A stretch of 57,920 nucleotides of DNA from Patescibacteria group bacterium (GCA_018829965.1 JAHJTG010000013.1:1-57920); one strand, 5' to 3'; shown: positions 1 through 7,533, counted from the first letter of the stretch. The notes: generated from the letters alone by a model not told the origin. Translations and numbers: made by a program.

Positions 1-1
1 A

Positions 2-121
2 GAACTTCAGAATCAAATTCAGACATTAGAGCAAGAGCAAACAAGAATTGAAAGCTTCGTAAAAGATCAGGAGGGCAAATTCAGTTTATTCGGTTGGTTT
101 GTAAAATTGTTTAATAAATAA
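2..121 (+). CDS. 3' end of an upstream gene (partial, coiled-coil-like tail ...GWFVKLFNK*)
   Basis: Frame 2 is the only frame open from the window edge. It stops at TAA 119-121 and is followed by a hairpin plus T-tract. Confidence 0.4.
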   Translation, partial: ELQNQIQTLEQEQTRIESFVKDQEGKFSLFGWFVKLFNK

Positions 122-148
122 CTAGATAATAGGCGCAAATTGTTTAAA

Positions 149-176
149 AGTCGCCTCTTTGGGAGGTGGCTTTTTA
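149..176 (+). terminator. Rho-independent terminator
   Basis: AGTCGCCTC-TTTG-GGAGGTGGCT followed by TTTTT. Confidence 0.6.
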
Positions 177-316
177 TACCAGATAGGTTTTAATATCATC
201 CATTATTTCTTCAGGGTGCTTAATAGCATCAACCCACCTTAAAGTTCGAATCTTTCGGTTGTACTCAGGACATACTGAATCGTCCTACCTGCGGGGCTTA
301 GTTAAGTCGTGTCAAG

Positions 317-345
317 AACCACCTTTTAATTGGGGTGGTTTTTTG
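317..345 (+). terminator. Rho-independent terminator closing a ~170-nt non-coding stretch
   Basis: AACCACC-TTTTAATT-GGGGTGGTT followed by TTTTT. Confidence 0.6.
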
Positions 346-387
346 ATAAGATAAGATAAGAATAATAAATAGATAAAAATATTTAAA

Positions 388-660
388 ATGCAGGGAATAA
401 AAGATAAAATTAAAAATAGAAGCAAAGAAGTTAAAAGAGAAATTCGTCAAAAAATAGTCGGTTATATATTAGCTGCTTTTGGATTAGTAGCTGCGCTTTC
501 TTGGAATGAATCGATAAAAGGTTTGATAGAATACTTTTTTCCGATTAGTAAGAATACAGTTTCAGCTAAATTTATTTATGCTATTGTAATAACTTTTGTG
601 GTGGTAATAATTTCTATTTATCTGACAAGATTGTTAGATAACAAAAACGAAGATAAATAA
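388..660 (+). CDS. Small membrane protein (DUF5654-like, typical of CPR)
   Basis: 90-aa ORF with a basic N-terminus, two hydrophobic spans, and an AALSWNESIKGLIEYFFP motif. Confidence 0.55.
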   Translation: MQGIKDKIKNRSKEVKREIRQKIVGYILAAFGLVAALSWNESIKGLIEYFFPISKNTVSAKFIYAIVITFVVVIISIYLTRLLDNKNEDK

Positions 661-937
661 AACAAAAGTTATTCAAAATAAGTTTTAGCATCAGACCATA
701 TTTTTTTATCATAACTTAATCGGAGCAGATTTTTTCTGTGAGATTGACTCCGATGGGTTTATATTTTTTTAATTTTGTTGTAGAATATAATAAAAGGTAA
801 AATTATAATTAATAATAAAAAAAATTTAAAAATATCTCTTTGAAATTAGAGAAGAAGACATATCGTTTTTCTTTGGTTTTGAAAGGTTGGCAAAGAGTTC
901 AGAAATGAGTAACTAATAAATAATAGAAAAATAAAAT

Positions 938-1015
938 ATGGCAAAAAAACGCTCAAAAAAATCTCGTCCTGTAAAAAAAGCTAAGACAAAAAAACGCTCA
1001 AAAAGTAAAAGATAG
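938..1015 (+). CDS. 25-aa Lys/Arg-rich peptide MAKKRSKKSRPVKKAKTKKRSKSKR (hypothetical)
   Basis: ATG 938 to TAG 1013-1015, with its own terminator 1039-1065. Too short for the ORF track. Confidence 0.3.
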   Translation: MAKKRSKKSRPVKKAKTKKRSKSKR

Positions 1016-1038
1016 TAGGATAAGGGTCTATTAGGGGA

Positions 1039-1065
1039 AGCTCCGATATTTTATCGGAGTTTTTC
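1039..1065 (+). terminator. Rho-independent terminator
   Basis: CTCCGAT-ATTTT-ATCGGAG followed by TTTTT. Confidence 0.6.
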
Positions 1066-1180
1066 CATATTACGAGTTCCCTTTTTCGGTCGCCTTAGGC
1101 GACCTACGGATGGACACAGCCGGACGGACGAGGTCTTCCTTTGCTTGCGAGCTTTGGATGGACGCGGTAGCATAAATCAA

Positions 1181-2311
1181 ATGTTTTACCAATTCAAGAT
1201 ATTTATCGTTTCATTATTTATTGTAATTATTCTCGTTGGTTTTTTTTATTACATCGATATTTTCAAAAAAGATAATGAGTTAAAAAATAAAATTGGACAG
1301 ATGCTAATGGTGGGTTTTCGTGGAACCGAAATATCGACCGATTCCTATATTGTGGGTGTTGTTAAAAATCTAAAAGTGGGAGGAATAATTTTATTTGATT
1401 ATGATGTCCCTACCAAAAGTTTTCCCCGAAACATTATTAATCCAAAACAAACAAAAAAACTTATTTCAGATTTGCAATCTTATACCACAGCCCCTCTATT
1501 AATTGCAGTTGATGCAGAGGGAGGGAGTGTTAATCGTTTAAAGTTAGATTATGGTTTTCTTAATATTCTTTCTGCGAAAGAGATGGGACAGAGTATAGAA
1601 ACAACAGTTAAAGAATCTGAAAAATTAGCCACGGAACTTAAAGAATTAGGATTTAATATGAATCTTGCGCCTGTTATTGATGTTGATATAAACCCCAATA
1701 ATCCAATAATCGGTGGACTAAACCGCTCCTTTTCTTCTGACCCAAACAAAGTTATAACATACGCAACAGCCTTTATAAAAACACATCATGAGAAAAATAT
1801 AATCATTGTAGGAAAACATTTTCCTGGACACGGTAGTTCAATGGGCGATAGCCACTTAGGTATAGTTGATGTCACGAATACTTATCAGGAAAAAGAATTA
1901 ATGCCATATATAGAGCTTCAAAAAGAGGGATTGCTTGACGTTGTAATGACTGCTCACATTATTAATCGAAATATAGATAAAAGTTATCCCGCAACACTTT
2001 CTTCAAATTTTCTTCAAAAAATATTACGGCAACAAATAGGATTTAAAAGTGTTATTATCTCAGATGATTTAAATATGAATGCCATCGTTGATAATTATGG
2101 ATTCGGAGAAGCAATAATTAAAGCCGTTAATGCTGGCTGTGACATCCTTTTAATTTCTAATAATGGTACCTCAAAATATGACGAGCAGTTACCGTACAAA
2201 GCTCGGGATATTATTTATGAAGCAGTAAAAAACGGTAAAATTTCCTTAGAAGCGATAACAGAATCCTATAATCGCATCTATAATTTGAAGAAAAAATTTG
2301 GAATAATCTAA
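1181..2311 (+). CDS. Membrane-anchored glycoside hydrolase family 3 (beta-N-acetylhexosaminidase, NagZ-like)
   Basis: GKHFPGHG motif plus the GH3 N-domain pattern. Start moved to ATG 1181 (MFYQFKIF.. TM anchor); the track start at 1145 is a TTG inside a GC-rich leader. Confidence 0.85.
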   Translation: MFYQFKIFIVSLFIVIILVGFFYYIDIFKKDNELKNKIGQMLMVGFRGTEISTDSYIVGVVKNLKVGGIILFDYDVPTKSFPRNIINPKQTKKLISDLQSYTTAPLLIAVDAEGGSVNRLKLDYGFLNILSAKEMGQSIETTVKESEKLATELKELGFNMNLAPVIDVDINPNNPIIGGLNRSFSSDPNKVITYATAFIKTHHEKNIIIVGKHFPGHGSSMGDSHLGIVDVTNTYQEKELMPYIELQKEGLLDVVMTAHIINRNIDKSYPATLSSNFLQKILRQQIGFKSVIISDDLNMNAIVDNYGFGEAIIKAVNAGCDILLISNNGTSKYDEQLPYKARDIIYEAVKNGKISLEAITESYNRIYNLKKKFGII

Positions 2312-2397
2312 AAGATGTGGTAGGATAAAAATAGTACTTATTAAAGAGGGGAAAAGCTAATTATAAAAGGTCGCGATTTTAATTAAATTAAATTCAT

Positions 2398-2453
2398 CCA
2401 GTTAAATAATTTCGCCGATAGCGAAATTACTGCAAAAAGCAGTATTTAACTGG
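2398..2453 (+). promoter_or_regulatory. Perfect three-way-junction structure in the leader of the ATP-cone gene
   Basis: P1 is CCAGTTAAATA/TATTTAACTGG (11 bp), enclosing hairpins ATTTCGC-CGATA-GCGAAAT and TACTGC-AAAAA-GCAGTA. It ends 14 nt before ATG 2467. Confidence 0.3.
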
Positions 2454-2466
2454 GTAAATATTTATT

Positions 2467-2751
2467 ATGGCAAAAGAAGTTATAAAAAAAGATGGGACAA
2501 AAGAGCCATTTGATGCAGGAAAAATCAGAAACGCAATTGTCGCCACTGTTGCATCGGTTGCTCTTTCAGAAGAAAGAAAAAATGAAGTAGTGGAGCAAGT
2601 GGTTTCCAAGGTAACCCAAACAATAGTAGAAGGAAAAGACGAAATACCAACCAGCGAAATTAAAGAAAATATTCTTAGCGAATTGGATAGTATAGAACCA
2701 TCGGTTTCTGCGGCATGGAGAAAGTATGAACAGGAGAAACAAGCGCCTTAA
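2467..2751 (+). CDS. Stand-alone ATP-cone domain protein
   Basis: VIKKDGTKEPFDAGKIRNAI... matches the ATP-cone N-terminal pattern of NrdR/NrdD-type proteins. Confidence 0.7.
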   Translation: MAKEVIKKDGTKEPFDAGKIRNAIVATVASVALSEERKNEVVEQVVSKVTQTIVEGKDEIPTSEIKENILSELDSIEPSVSAAWRKYEQEKQAP

Positions 2752-2774
2752 TCTATTTTTGATAAATTGTAACA

Positions 2775-2817
2775 AAAATCGCTCGGTCGCCTAAGGCGAC
2801 ATAGAGCGATTTTTGTT
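2775..2817 (+). terminator. Terminator hairpin (outer AAAAATCGCTC/GAGCGATTTTT, inner GGTCGCC-TAA-GGCGAC)
   Basis: Nested perfect inverted repeats followed by TTTTGTTT. It shares the AATCGCTCGGTCG word with the leader-cassette family. Confidence 0.6.
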
Positions 2818-2867
2818 TACATTAAACTTATTCAAATGGTAAAGTAAGTAAATACAAATAAAATTAT

Positions 2868-3782
2868 ATGCAAGAAATCTTTTTAGACGCTTTAATGGAC
2901 ACCATAAAAATGGTTCCATTATTATTAATAATTTATATTGGAATAGAAATAGCAGAGTATAAGTTTGGGAACAAAACAAGAGAAAAAATCCAAAAAGCAG
3001 GAATGGCTGCTCCGGCAGTGGGGGCAGTAGTTGGAATTTTTCCCCAGTGCGGATTTTCAGTTGTTACTACTGCTCTGTATACCAAAAGGCTTGTTACCAT
3101 AGGAACATTATTAGCTGTTTATCTTTCTACTTCTGACGAGGCAATCCCAATAATTTTATCTCAGCCAGATAAAGTCGGGATTATTTTGCCGTTGATTTTA
3201 ACAAAAATTTTCATTGCTTTAATTGCTGGATATGCTATTGACTTCGCTTTTAGAAAAGCAAAGAAGAAAACATCAGCACACATAGAATCTTATATACAAG
3301 GCAAGGACGATAAAGATTATAAACACGAATCAATAGTAAATGAAAAAGCTTGTTGTGGGCACAGTACGAGTTCAATTGCCAAAAAGTTTAATCCGAAAGA
3401 AATATTTATACATCCAATAGTTCATACGATAAAGATATCTGTTTTTATTTTTGTTGTTTCATACTTAATTAATTTTGTAATTTTCCAAATAGGAGAAGAA
3501 GCATTCGGCAAATTATTTTTGAACCATAGTTTTTTTCAGCCTTTTTTGATGGCATTGGTCGGGCTTATCCCAAATTGTGCGGCATCTGTTGCTGTGATAG
3601 AATTGTACCTTAAGGGTTTAATTTCCTACGGCTCTGTTATTGCTGGATTATGCGCAAGCGGTGGATTAGGAATATTGGTTTTATTCAGAGAGGAGAGAAA
3701 GAAAAAAGATGTATTTAAAATTTTATTTTTACTTTTTGGAATAAGCGTTTTGGTTGGATTAATTATTCAATATATTTTTTAA
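2868..3782 (+). CDS. Polytopic membrane protein, putative 10-TM metal (Mn/heavy-metal) transporter family
   Basis: Two pseudo-repeats, each with a Cys-containing motif (FPQCGFSVVTTALY and IPNCAASVAVIELY). Family assignment is from memory. Confidence 0.5.
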   Translation: MQEIFLDALMDTIKMVPLLLIIYIGIEIAEYKFGNKTREKIQKAGMAAPAVGAVVGIFPQCGFSVVTTALYTKRLVTIGTLLAVYLSTSDEAIPIILSQPDKVGIILPLILTKIFIALIAGYAIDFAFRKAKKKTSAHIESYIQGKDDKDYKHESIVNEKACCGHSTSSIAKKFNPKEIFIHPIVHTIKISVFIFVVSYLINFVIFQIGEEAFGKLFLNHSFFQPFLMALVGLIPNCAASVAVIELYLKGLISYGSVIAGLCASGGLGILVLFREERKKKDVFKILFLLFGISVLVGLIIQYIF

Positions 3783-3787
3783 AAAAA

Positions 3788-4105
3788 ATGACAACCATTT
3801 TAACTGATGAAAATTTCGAAAAAGAAATACAGGATATAAATAAACCGGTTTTGGTCGATTTTTTTGCTACTTGGTGCGGACCATGCGCTATTTTAGGCCC
3901 GATTTTAGAAAAAATAGCAAATGAATTAAAAGATAAAATTGTTTTAATAAAAGTTGACCTTGATAATGTTCCCTTAATTGCCCAAAAATTTGGAATTGAT
4001 AGAATTCCTACTGTTATTCTTTTCAAGGCTGGAAAGCCAGTAGATGGTTTTATGGGATTAAGAGTAGAAGGGGATATTAAAGAATGGTTAGAAAAGATAA
4101 TATAG
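3788..4105 (+). CDS. trxA: Thioredoxin
   Basis: WCGPC active site, 105 aa. Confidence 0.92.
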   Translation: MTTILTDENFEKEIQDINKPVLVDFFATWCGPCAILGPILEKIANELKDKIVLIKVDLDNVPLIAQKFGIDRIPTVILFKAGKPVDGFMGLRVEGDIKEWLEKII

Positions 4106-4178
4106 GCGACGAATCGCCTATATATTTAATCGCTCGGTCGGAATAAAAATAAATTTTTATTTCTCCCTCGCTCATAAA
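4101..4178 (+). repeat. Leader cassette family F, copy 1
   Basis: Hairpin ATAGGCGA-CGAA-TCGCCTAT, then TATATTTAATCGCTCGGTCGGAAT..hairpin..TTCTCCCTCGCTCATAAAT. It ends 9 nt before ATG 4188. Confidence 0.8.
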
Positions 4179-4187
4179 TATAAAAAT

Positions 4188-4469
4188 ATGAAAAAAGATA
4201 ATATCCAAGATAAAATCGATGATTTGAATAAATGGTATGCTGATTACGCTAAAGAGAACGGATTCAAATTAAATCCCAAAAAAGAAATTACGCAAAAATT
4301 AATGAGAGGTTTATTGGAAAACGAGAAAAAATATGGTCAAAGATGTTGTCCGTGTAGAAGAGCCACGGGAGACAAAGAGACGGATGCAAAAATCGTTTGT
4401 CCTTGTTCTTACCATCGCGACGAGATTGAGAAAAATGGGCAGTGTCTTTGCGGATTGTTTATAAAGTAG
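4188..4469 (+). CDS. Ferredoxin:thioredoxin reductase catalytic-subunit-like protein
   Basis: CPC-x16-CPC-x...-C-x-C pattern (CCPCRR..VCPCSYH..QCLCGLF) typical of the FTR catalytic chain. Confidence 0.7.
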   Translation: MKKDNIQDKIDDLNKWYADYAKENGFKLNPKKEITQKLMRGLLENEKKYGQRCCPCRRATGDKETDAKIVCPCSYHRDEIEKNGQCLCGLFIK

Positions 4470-4481
4470 TATAATAAATAA

Positions 4482-4598
4482 ATATATAGATTTTTAAAAA
4501 TCTATATATTTGTGCGTTCGGTCGGAATGAAAATTTCGGTTGTTAAAAATAAAAACGTTATTTTCTCCTTCCTTAGCTCTCATCCCTTCCTCATTTAC
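4482..4598 (+). repeat. Leader cassette family F, copy 2
   Basis: Palindrome ATATATAGATTTTTAAAAATCTATATAT, then TTGTGCGTTCGGTCGGAATGAAAAT...CATCCCTTCCTCATTTAC. Confidence 0.8.
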
Positions 4599-4626
4599 AA
4601 ATATAATTAATAATCATTTTAATAAT

Positions 4627-4836
4627 ATGAGTAAAATATCTATTCTCGCGAAAATAATTTTTATAGTTATATTTCTGATTTTTGCTGTTGCCTTTTTTCT
4701 GTATAAGCAGTATATGTTTTCTTTCCTTACGCTTGTCGTTATACTTGTTATTTCAAGATGGGATAGGGTAAAGAAATTAATTGCCGGCCGAGGCAGGGTA
4801 GAGGTTCAGATAGAAAAAGATAAGGATGTAAAATAA
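4627..4836 (+). CDS. Small membrane protein (hypothetical)
   Basis: Start moved from 4540 to ATG 4627 because the first 29 track codons lie inside repeat F2. Hydrophobic 69-aa product. Confidence 0.45.
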   Translation: MSKISILAKIIFIVIFLIFAVAFFLYKQYMFSFLTLVVILVISRWDRVKKLIAGRGRVEVQIEKDKDVK

Positions 4837-4846
4837 GGGAAAAAGA

Positions 4847-4875
4847 TTGACTTTTAACAACGGCTAGGCTACTAT
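4847..4875 (+). promoter_or_regulatory. Sigma70-like promoter candidate (TTGACT-17-TACTAT)
   Basis: -35 at 4847-4852 and -10 at 4870-4875, about 110 nt upstream of the RRM gene. Confidence 0.4.
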
Positions 4876-4984
4876 AATATAGTAAGTTTCTATTGAATTT
4901 TCTTTCCCTTCTAATTTATTAATTTGGAAAAGAAACGAGATAGCAGGTCGGCTTACTCATTAATAAATTATTAAGGAAAAAAAT

Positions 4985-5242
4985 ATGTCCAAAAAATTAT
5001 TTGTAGGTGGATTATCATATGAAACCACCGGTGAAACCTTGAAAGAGGCTTTTGCTCAGATTGGAACAGTTGAATCAGCAAATGTGATCACTGATAAAAT
5101 ATCCGGTCGTTCAAAAGGATTTGGTTTTGTTGAAATGTCTTCTGAAGAAGAAGCTAAAAAAGCTATTGAAACATTGAATGGCAAAGAGATTGATGGAAGA
5201 AATGTTACAGTGAACGAAGCTAAACCTTTAGCGCCTCGTTAA
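4985..5242 (+). CDS. RRM-type RNA-binding protein
   Basis: RNP-2 LFVGGL and RNP-1 KGFGFVEM. Confidence 0.88.
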   Translation: MSKKLFVGGLSYETTGETLKEAFAQIGTVESANVITDKISGRSKGFGFVEMSSEEEAKKAIETLNGKEIDGRNVTVNEAKPLAPR

Positions 5243-5267
5243 GTAGACAGTTTCAAAGTTTGAAAAA

Positions 5268-5306
5268 GTCCCCTATACAGCTATGCTGTCGGGGATTTTT
5301 TCTTTT
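5268..5306 (+). terminator. Rho-independent terminator
   Basis: GTCCCC..ACAGC-TAT-GCTGT..GGGGAT followed by TTTTTTC. Confidence 0.6.
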
Positions 5307-5333
5307 TAAGCGTTGTGGTATTATAGAATAATT

Positions 5334-5452
5334 ATAGAGATTATTAGTAATCTATATAATTGGTTCGCTCGCTCGGAATGAAAATTTCGGTTGTCAAAAT
5401 AAAAGTAAATTTTTATTTTTTCCTCCCTCAGTTTTCATTCCTTACTCGCTGC
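5334..5452 (+). repeat. Leader cassette family F, copy 3
   Basis: TATAGAGATTA-TTAG-TAATCTATATA, then ATTGGTTCGCTCGCTCGGAATGAAAAT...TTTTCATTCCTTACTCGCTG. Confidence 0.8.
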
Positions 5453-5476
5453 CAATTATTAACATCATTTAAAAAC

Positions 5477-6535
5477 ATGATATCAAAATACAAAGTTCTA
5501 TTAACTCTTTTTATATTCCTCGGAGCAATTTTAATTGCTCCTTTAGCCGTTAGCGCCCAAGAAGAAAATGCAGTTATCACCAGTGAAGCCGACCAGGCGT
5601 TAGCTGAAAGCGCCGATTTGTCTGATGAGCCGGAAGTATTAGAATCAGTTACTATTGAAGAGCCTAAAAGCATTCCCTCTAATTTCGGGCTTTGGTGGCG
5701 TAATTTAAAAGAACAGATTTCTTTAGTAATAACCTTTAATCCAGTAAAAAAAGCTGAAAAACAATTAAAATTTGCTGAAGAAAGAATAAAGTTAGCTGAA
5801 TATACTCTTCAAAATAGTACTGGTCCAAAAATTCAGGAGAAAGCTCAAAAAATGGTAGAAAAGGCTAATGAGTATATACAGAAAGTTGAAGAGAAAAAAA
5901 ATGAATTAGCCCAGAGCTCTGATTTAAAAGCTAAAACAATATTAAAAGATGTGGCAAAACATTATTTAAATACAGAACGGGTTTTTGAAAAAATAGAAGA
6001 CAAATTGCCTCCAGAAAAATTAGAACAATTTCAACAAATTCGTGAGCGAATAGAAGAAAGACAAGGGTCTGTTTTAGAAGAAATAAAAAATAACTTTAAT
6101 GTTTCTCAAGAAATAAAAGATAAAGTAATTGAAGTCGGGAATAAAATAAAAGAAAAATTGCAGATTAGAGAAGAGTTTAGAGCAGAGCAAAAAGATATTT
6201 TAGATGAGATAAAGGCTGGAAATCAAGAGGCTAAAAATGAATTTCAACAGTTGAGGCAAGAAAAAGAGCAGAAAACAGAAGAACTGCGCCAGCAATATAA
6301 AGAAGAAAAAACCGAAATTATTGATAAGGTAAAATCCGGCGATGAAACAGCCGTTAAAGAATTAAAAGAGCTCAACCAAAAACAGCAAGGCAAACTTCAA
6401 GAAGTTCGCCAAGAGGTTACAGAAAAAGCCAAAGAAATCAAACAGGAAGTGATTAAAAATGTGCAAGTGAAAAAAGAACAGATGCAGCAAAATAGAGAAG
6501 AGCTTAAAGAAACTATTAAAGCAAATAAACCATAA
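5477..6535 (+). CDS. Secreted Lys/Glu-rich coiled-coil protein (DUF5667-like)
   Basis: Start moved from 5360 to ATG 5477 (the upstream codons are repeat F3). Signal peptide ...APLAVSAQ, then long EK-rich heptad-like sequence. Confidence 0.6.
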   Translation: MISKYKVLLTLFIFLGAILIAPLAVSAQEENAVITSEADQALAESADLSDEPEVLESVTIEEPKSIPSNFGLWWRNLKEQISLVITFNPVKKAEKQLKFAEERIKLAEYTLQNSTGPKIQEKAQKMVEKANEYIQKVEEKKNELAQSSDLKAKTILKDVAKHYLNTERVFEKIEDKLPPEKLEQFQQIRERIEERQGSVLEEIKNNFNVSQEIKDKVIEVGNKIKEKLQIREEFRAEQKDILDEIKAGNQEAKNEFQQLRQEKEQKTEELRQQYKEEKTEIIDKVKSGDETAVKELKELNQKQQGKLQEVRQEVTEKAKEIKQEVIKNVQVKKEQMQQNREELKETIKANKP

Positions 6536-6562
6536 ATAGCAAAAAAAACATTGTTATAAATA

Positions 6563-6603
6563 AAAAAACCGCCCTGTGCCTTTTGGCCGGGGCGGTTTTT
6601 TTT
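6563..6603. terminator. Bidirectional terminator between convergent genes
   Basis: AAAAAAACCGCCC-loop-GGGGCGGTTTTTTTT, with an A-tract and a T-tract on either side. Confidence 0.7.
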
Positions 6604-6605
6604 AA

Positions 6606-6794
6606 CTAACGACTAAATCTTGGCGGTCTTTTCTTTGACCAACATTCTCTACAATAAATAGGTCTGTCTGGAGCTGGTTCGAATGGTAGCTCTGTTATTG
6701 CTACTGCGCATTCTGAACATTTCCAGTCACCTTTTACCATAGGTCTTGGTTCAAAGTTTCCGCGTGATCTGTCATCAAATTTTTTGAAGACCAT
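6606..6794 (-). CDS. CxxC-x18-CxxC zinc-ribbon protein
   Basis: KCSEC...PIYCRECW, with basic N- and C-termini. Resembles the CxxC-x17-CxxC family common in CPR. Confidence 0.65.
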   Translation of the reverse strand: MVFKKFDDRSRGNFEPRPMVKGDWKCSECAVAITELPFEPAPDRPIYCRECWSKKRPPRFSR

Positions 6795-7001
6795 GATAAC
6801 GTATATAACTTTACTAAATAAAAAAAGCGACCTTTTTCTGACTTCTAAGCCGCTCTACTTTTTGGGTCTTCAACTTTTAAGATTAAAAACTTATTTAAGA
6901 TGCCTCGACTTATTAGTCTACTTAGTACGATTTTTCAATCTTATTACTAAGTCTATAATTACTATACTCCTAATCCTACGTATGTCAATGGTTGGAGGGA
7001 A

Positions 7002-7032
7002 TAAAAAAGCCTAAGATATTTCTACCTTAGGC
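7002..7032 (-). terminator. Rho-independent terminator (minus strand)
   Basis: On the minus strand: GCCTAAG-loop-CTTAGGC followed by TTTTTT. Confidence 0.6.
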
Positions 7033-7056
7033 CAGGGCTTTTAGAGGATTGTTCAA

Positions 7057-7533
7057 TCAGCTGACAATTCTTACTTGATAACGATTGATTCCTTTTGCAG
7101 GAACACTTAGGCCAGCTCCCCATTGTTCGCAAACAAGATCGTCTCCTTTTACCACTTCTCCCATAGCAATAATTTCTGGCTTAAGAAGTGATGCTTCGGA
7201 CGGTTTGCATATAAATCGAAAACCGATAAAAGATTCTTTCCTTAGCCATTCGATAGTAAAGCTGTCTGATTTGGGAATTTTATTAAATTCGTCCTGTGTG
7301 AATTCAATGATGGGATATTTTTCTATCCTTCTCCTTTCTTCGCTAATTTCTCCCCATGTTTTCTTCCGTGGCTTCTTAGGTTTTTGTGGTTTCTTAGATT
7401 TTTGTTCAAGTTCCCCTCTTTTTTTATTCGATTTTCGTCTAAAGTACTTTATTAACCGGAAGGTTGCGAGAAGACCAATAATTGATATTAAAGAGAAAAA
7501 ATAAAAATTAGGCACGTCTTTTAACATATCCAT
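7057..7533 (-). CDS. N-terminally anchored hypothetical protein with a basic linker
   Basis: 158-aa ORF with one N-terminal TM span and a KKPQKPKKPRKK stretch. The antisense ORF 7085-7504 is treated as a shadow. Confidence 0.5.
   Translation of the reverse strand: MDMLKDVPNFYFFSLISIIGLLATFRLIKYFRRKSNKKRGELEQKSKKPQKPKKPRKKTWGEISEERRRIEKYPIIEFTQDEFNKIPKSDSFTIEWLRKESFIGFRFICKPSEASLLKPEIIAMGEVVKGDDLVCEQWGAGLSVPAKGINRYQVRIVS

Noticed and set aside
241-262. tRNA-like T-arm (AAAG-TTCGAAT-CTTT) at 241-255.
   Set aside because: No complementary acceptor 5' strand, D-arm or anticodon arm could be found in the preceding ~75 nt, and the stem is only 4 bp. No tRNA, tmRNA or rRNA could be supported anywhere in the window.
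1060-1180. GC-rich ~90-nt stretch upstream of the GH3 gene (GGTCGCC-TTA-GGCGACC hairpin, repeated GGATGGAC words) as another repeat family or ncRNA.
   Set aside because: No second copy in the window and no clear overall fold. It may be a degenerate GC element in a leader, but the evidence is insufficient.
1549-1749. Short ORFs lying antisense to, or out of frame within, well-supported genes. Examples: 1549-1749, 2427-2609, 2566-2775, 3763-4026, 5428-5673, 7085-7504, 12063-12395, 15256-15561, 18127-18378, 19217-19480, 24666-25532, 27616-28131, 37679-37885, 40331-40649, 42840-43028, 44191-44388, 47696-47902, 48451-48669, 49410-49592, 52494-52949, 54217-54462, 54958-55191, 55940-56140, 56653-56841.
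   Set aside because: Each is fully embedded in a longer ORF that has clear family motifs. The products are low-complexity or hydrophobic shadows with no start context, so they are treated as non-coding.
4540-4626. N-terminal extensions in the ORF track: 4540->4627, 5360->5477, 7762->7789, 19044->19071, 11998->12148, 1145->1181, 20287->20302, 37644->37665, 54026->54041, 44857->44809.
   Set aside because: The extra codons are translations of repeat elements, terminators or the preceding gene. In each case an internal ATG gives the canonical family N-terminus or a proper signal peptide.
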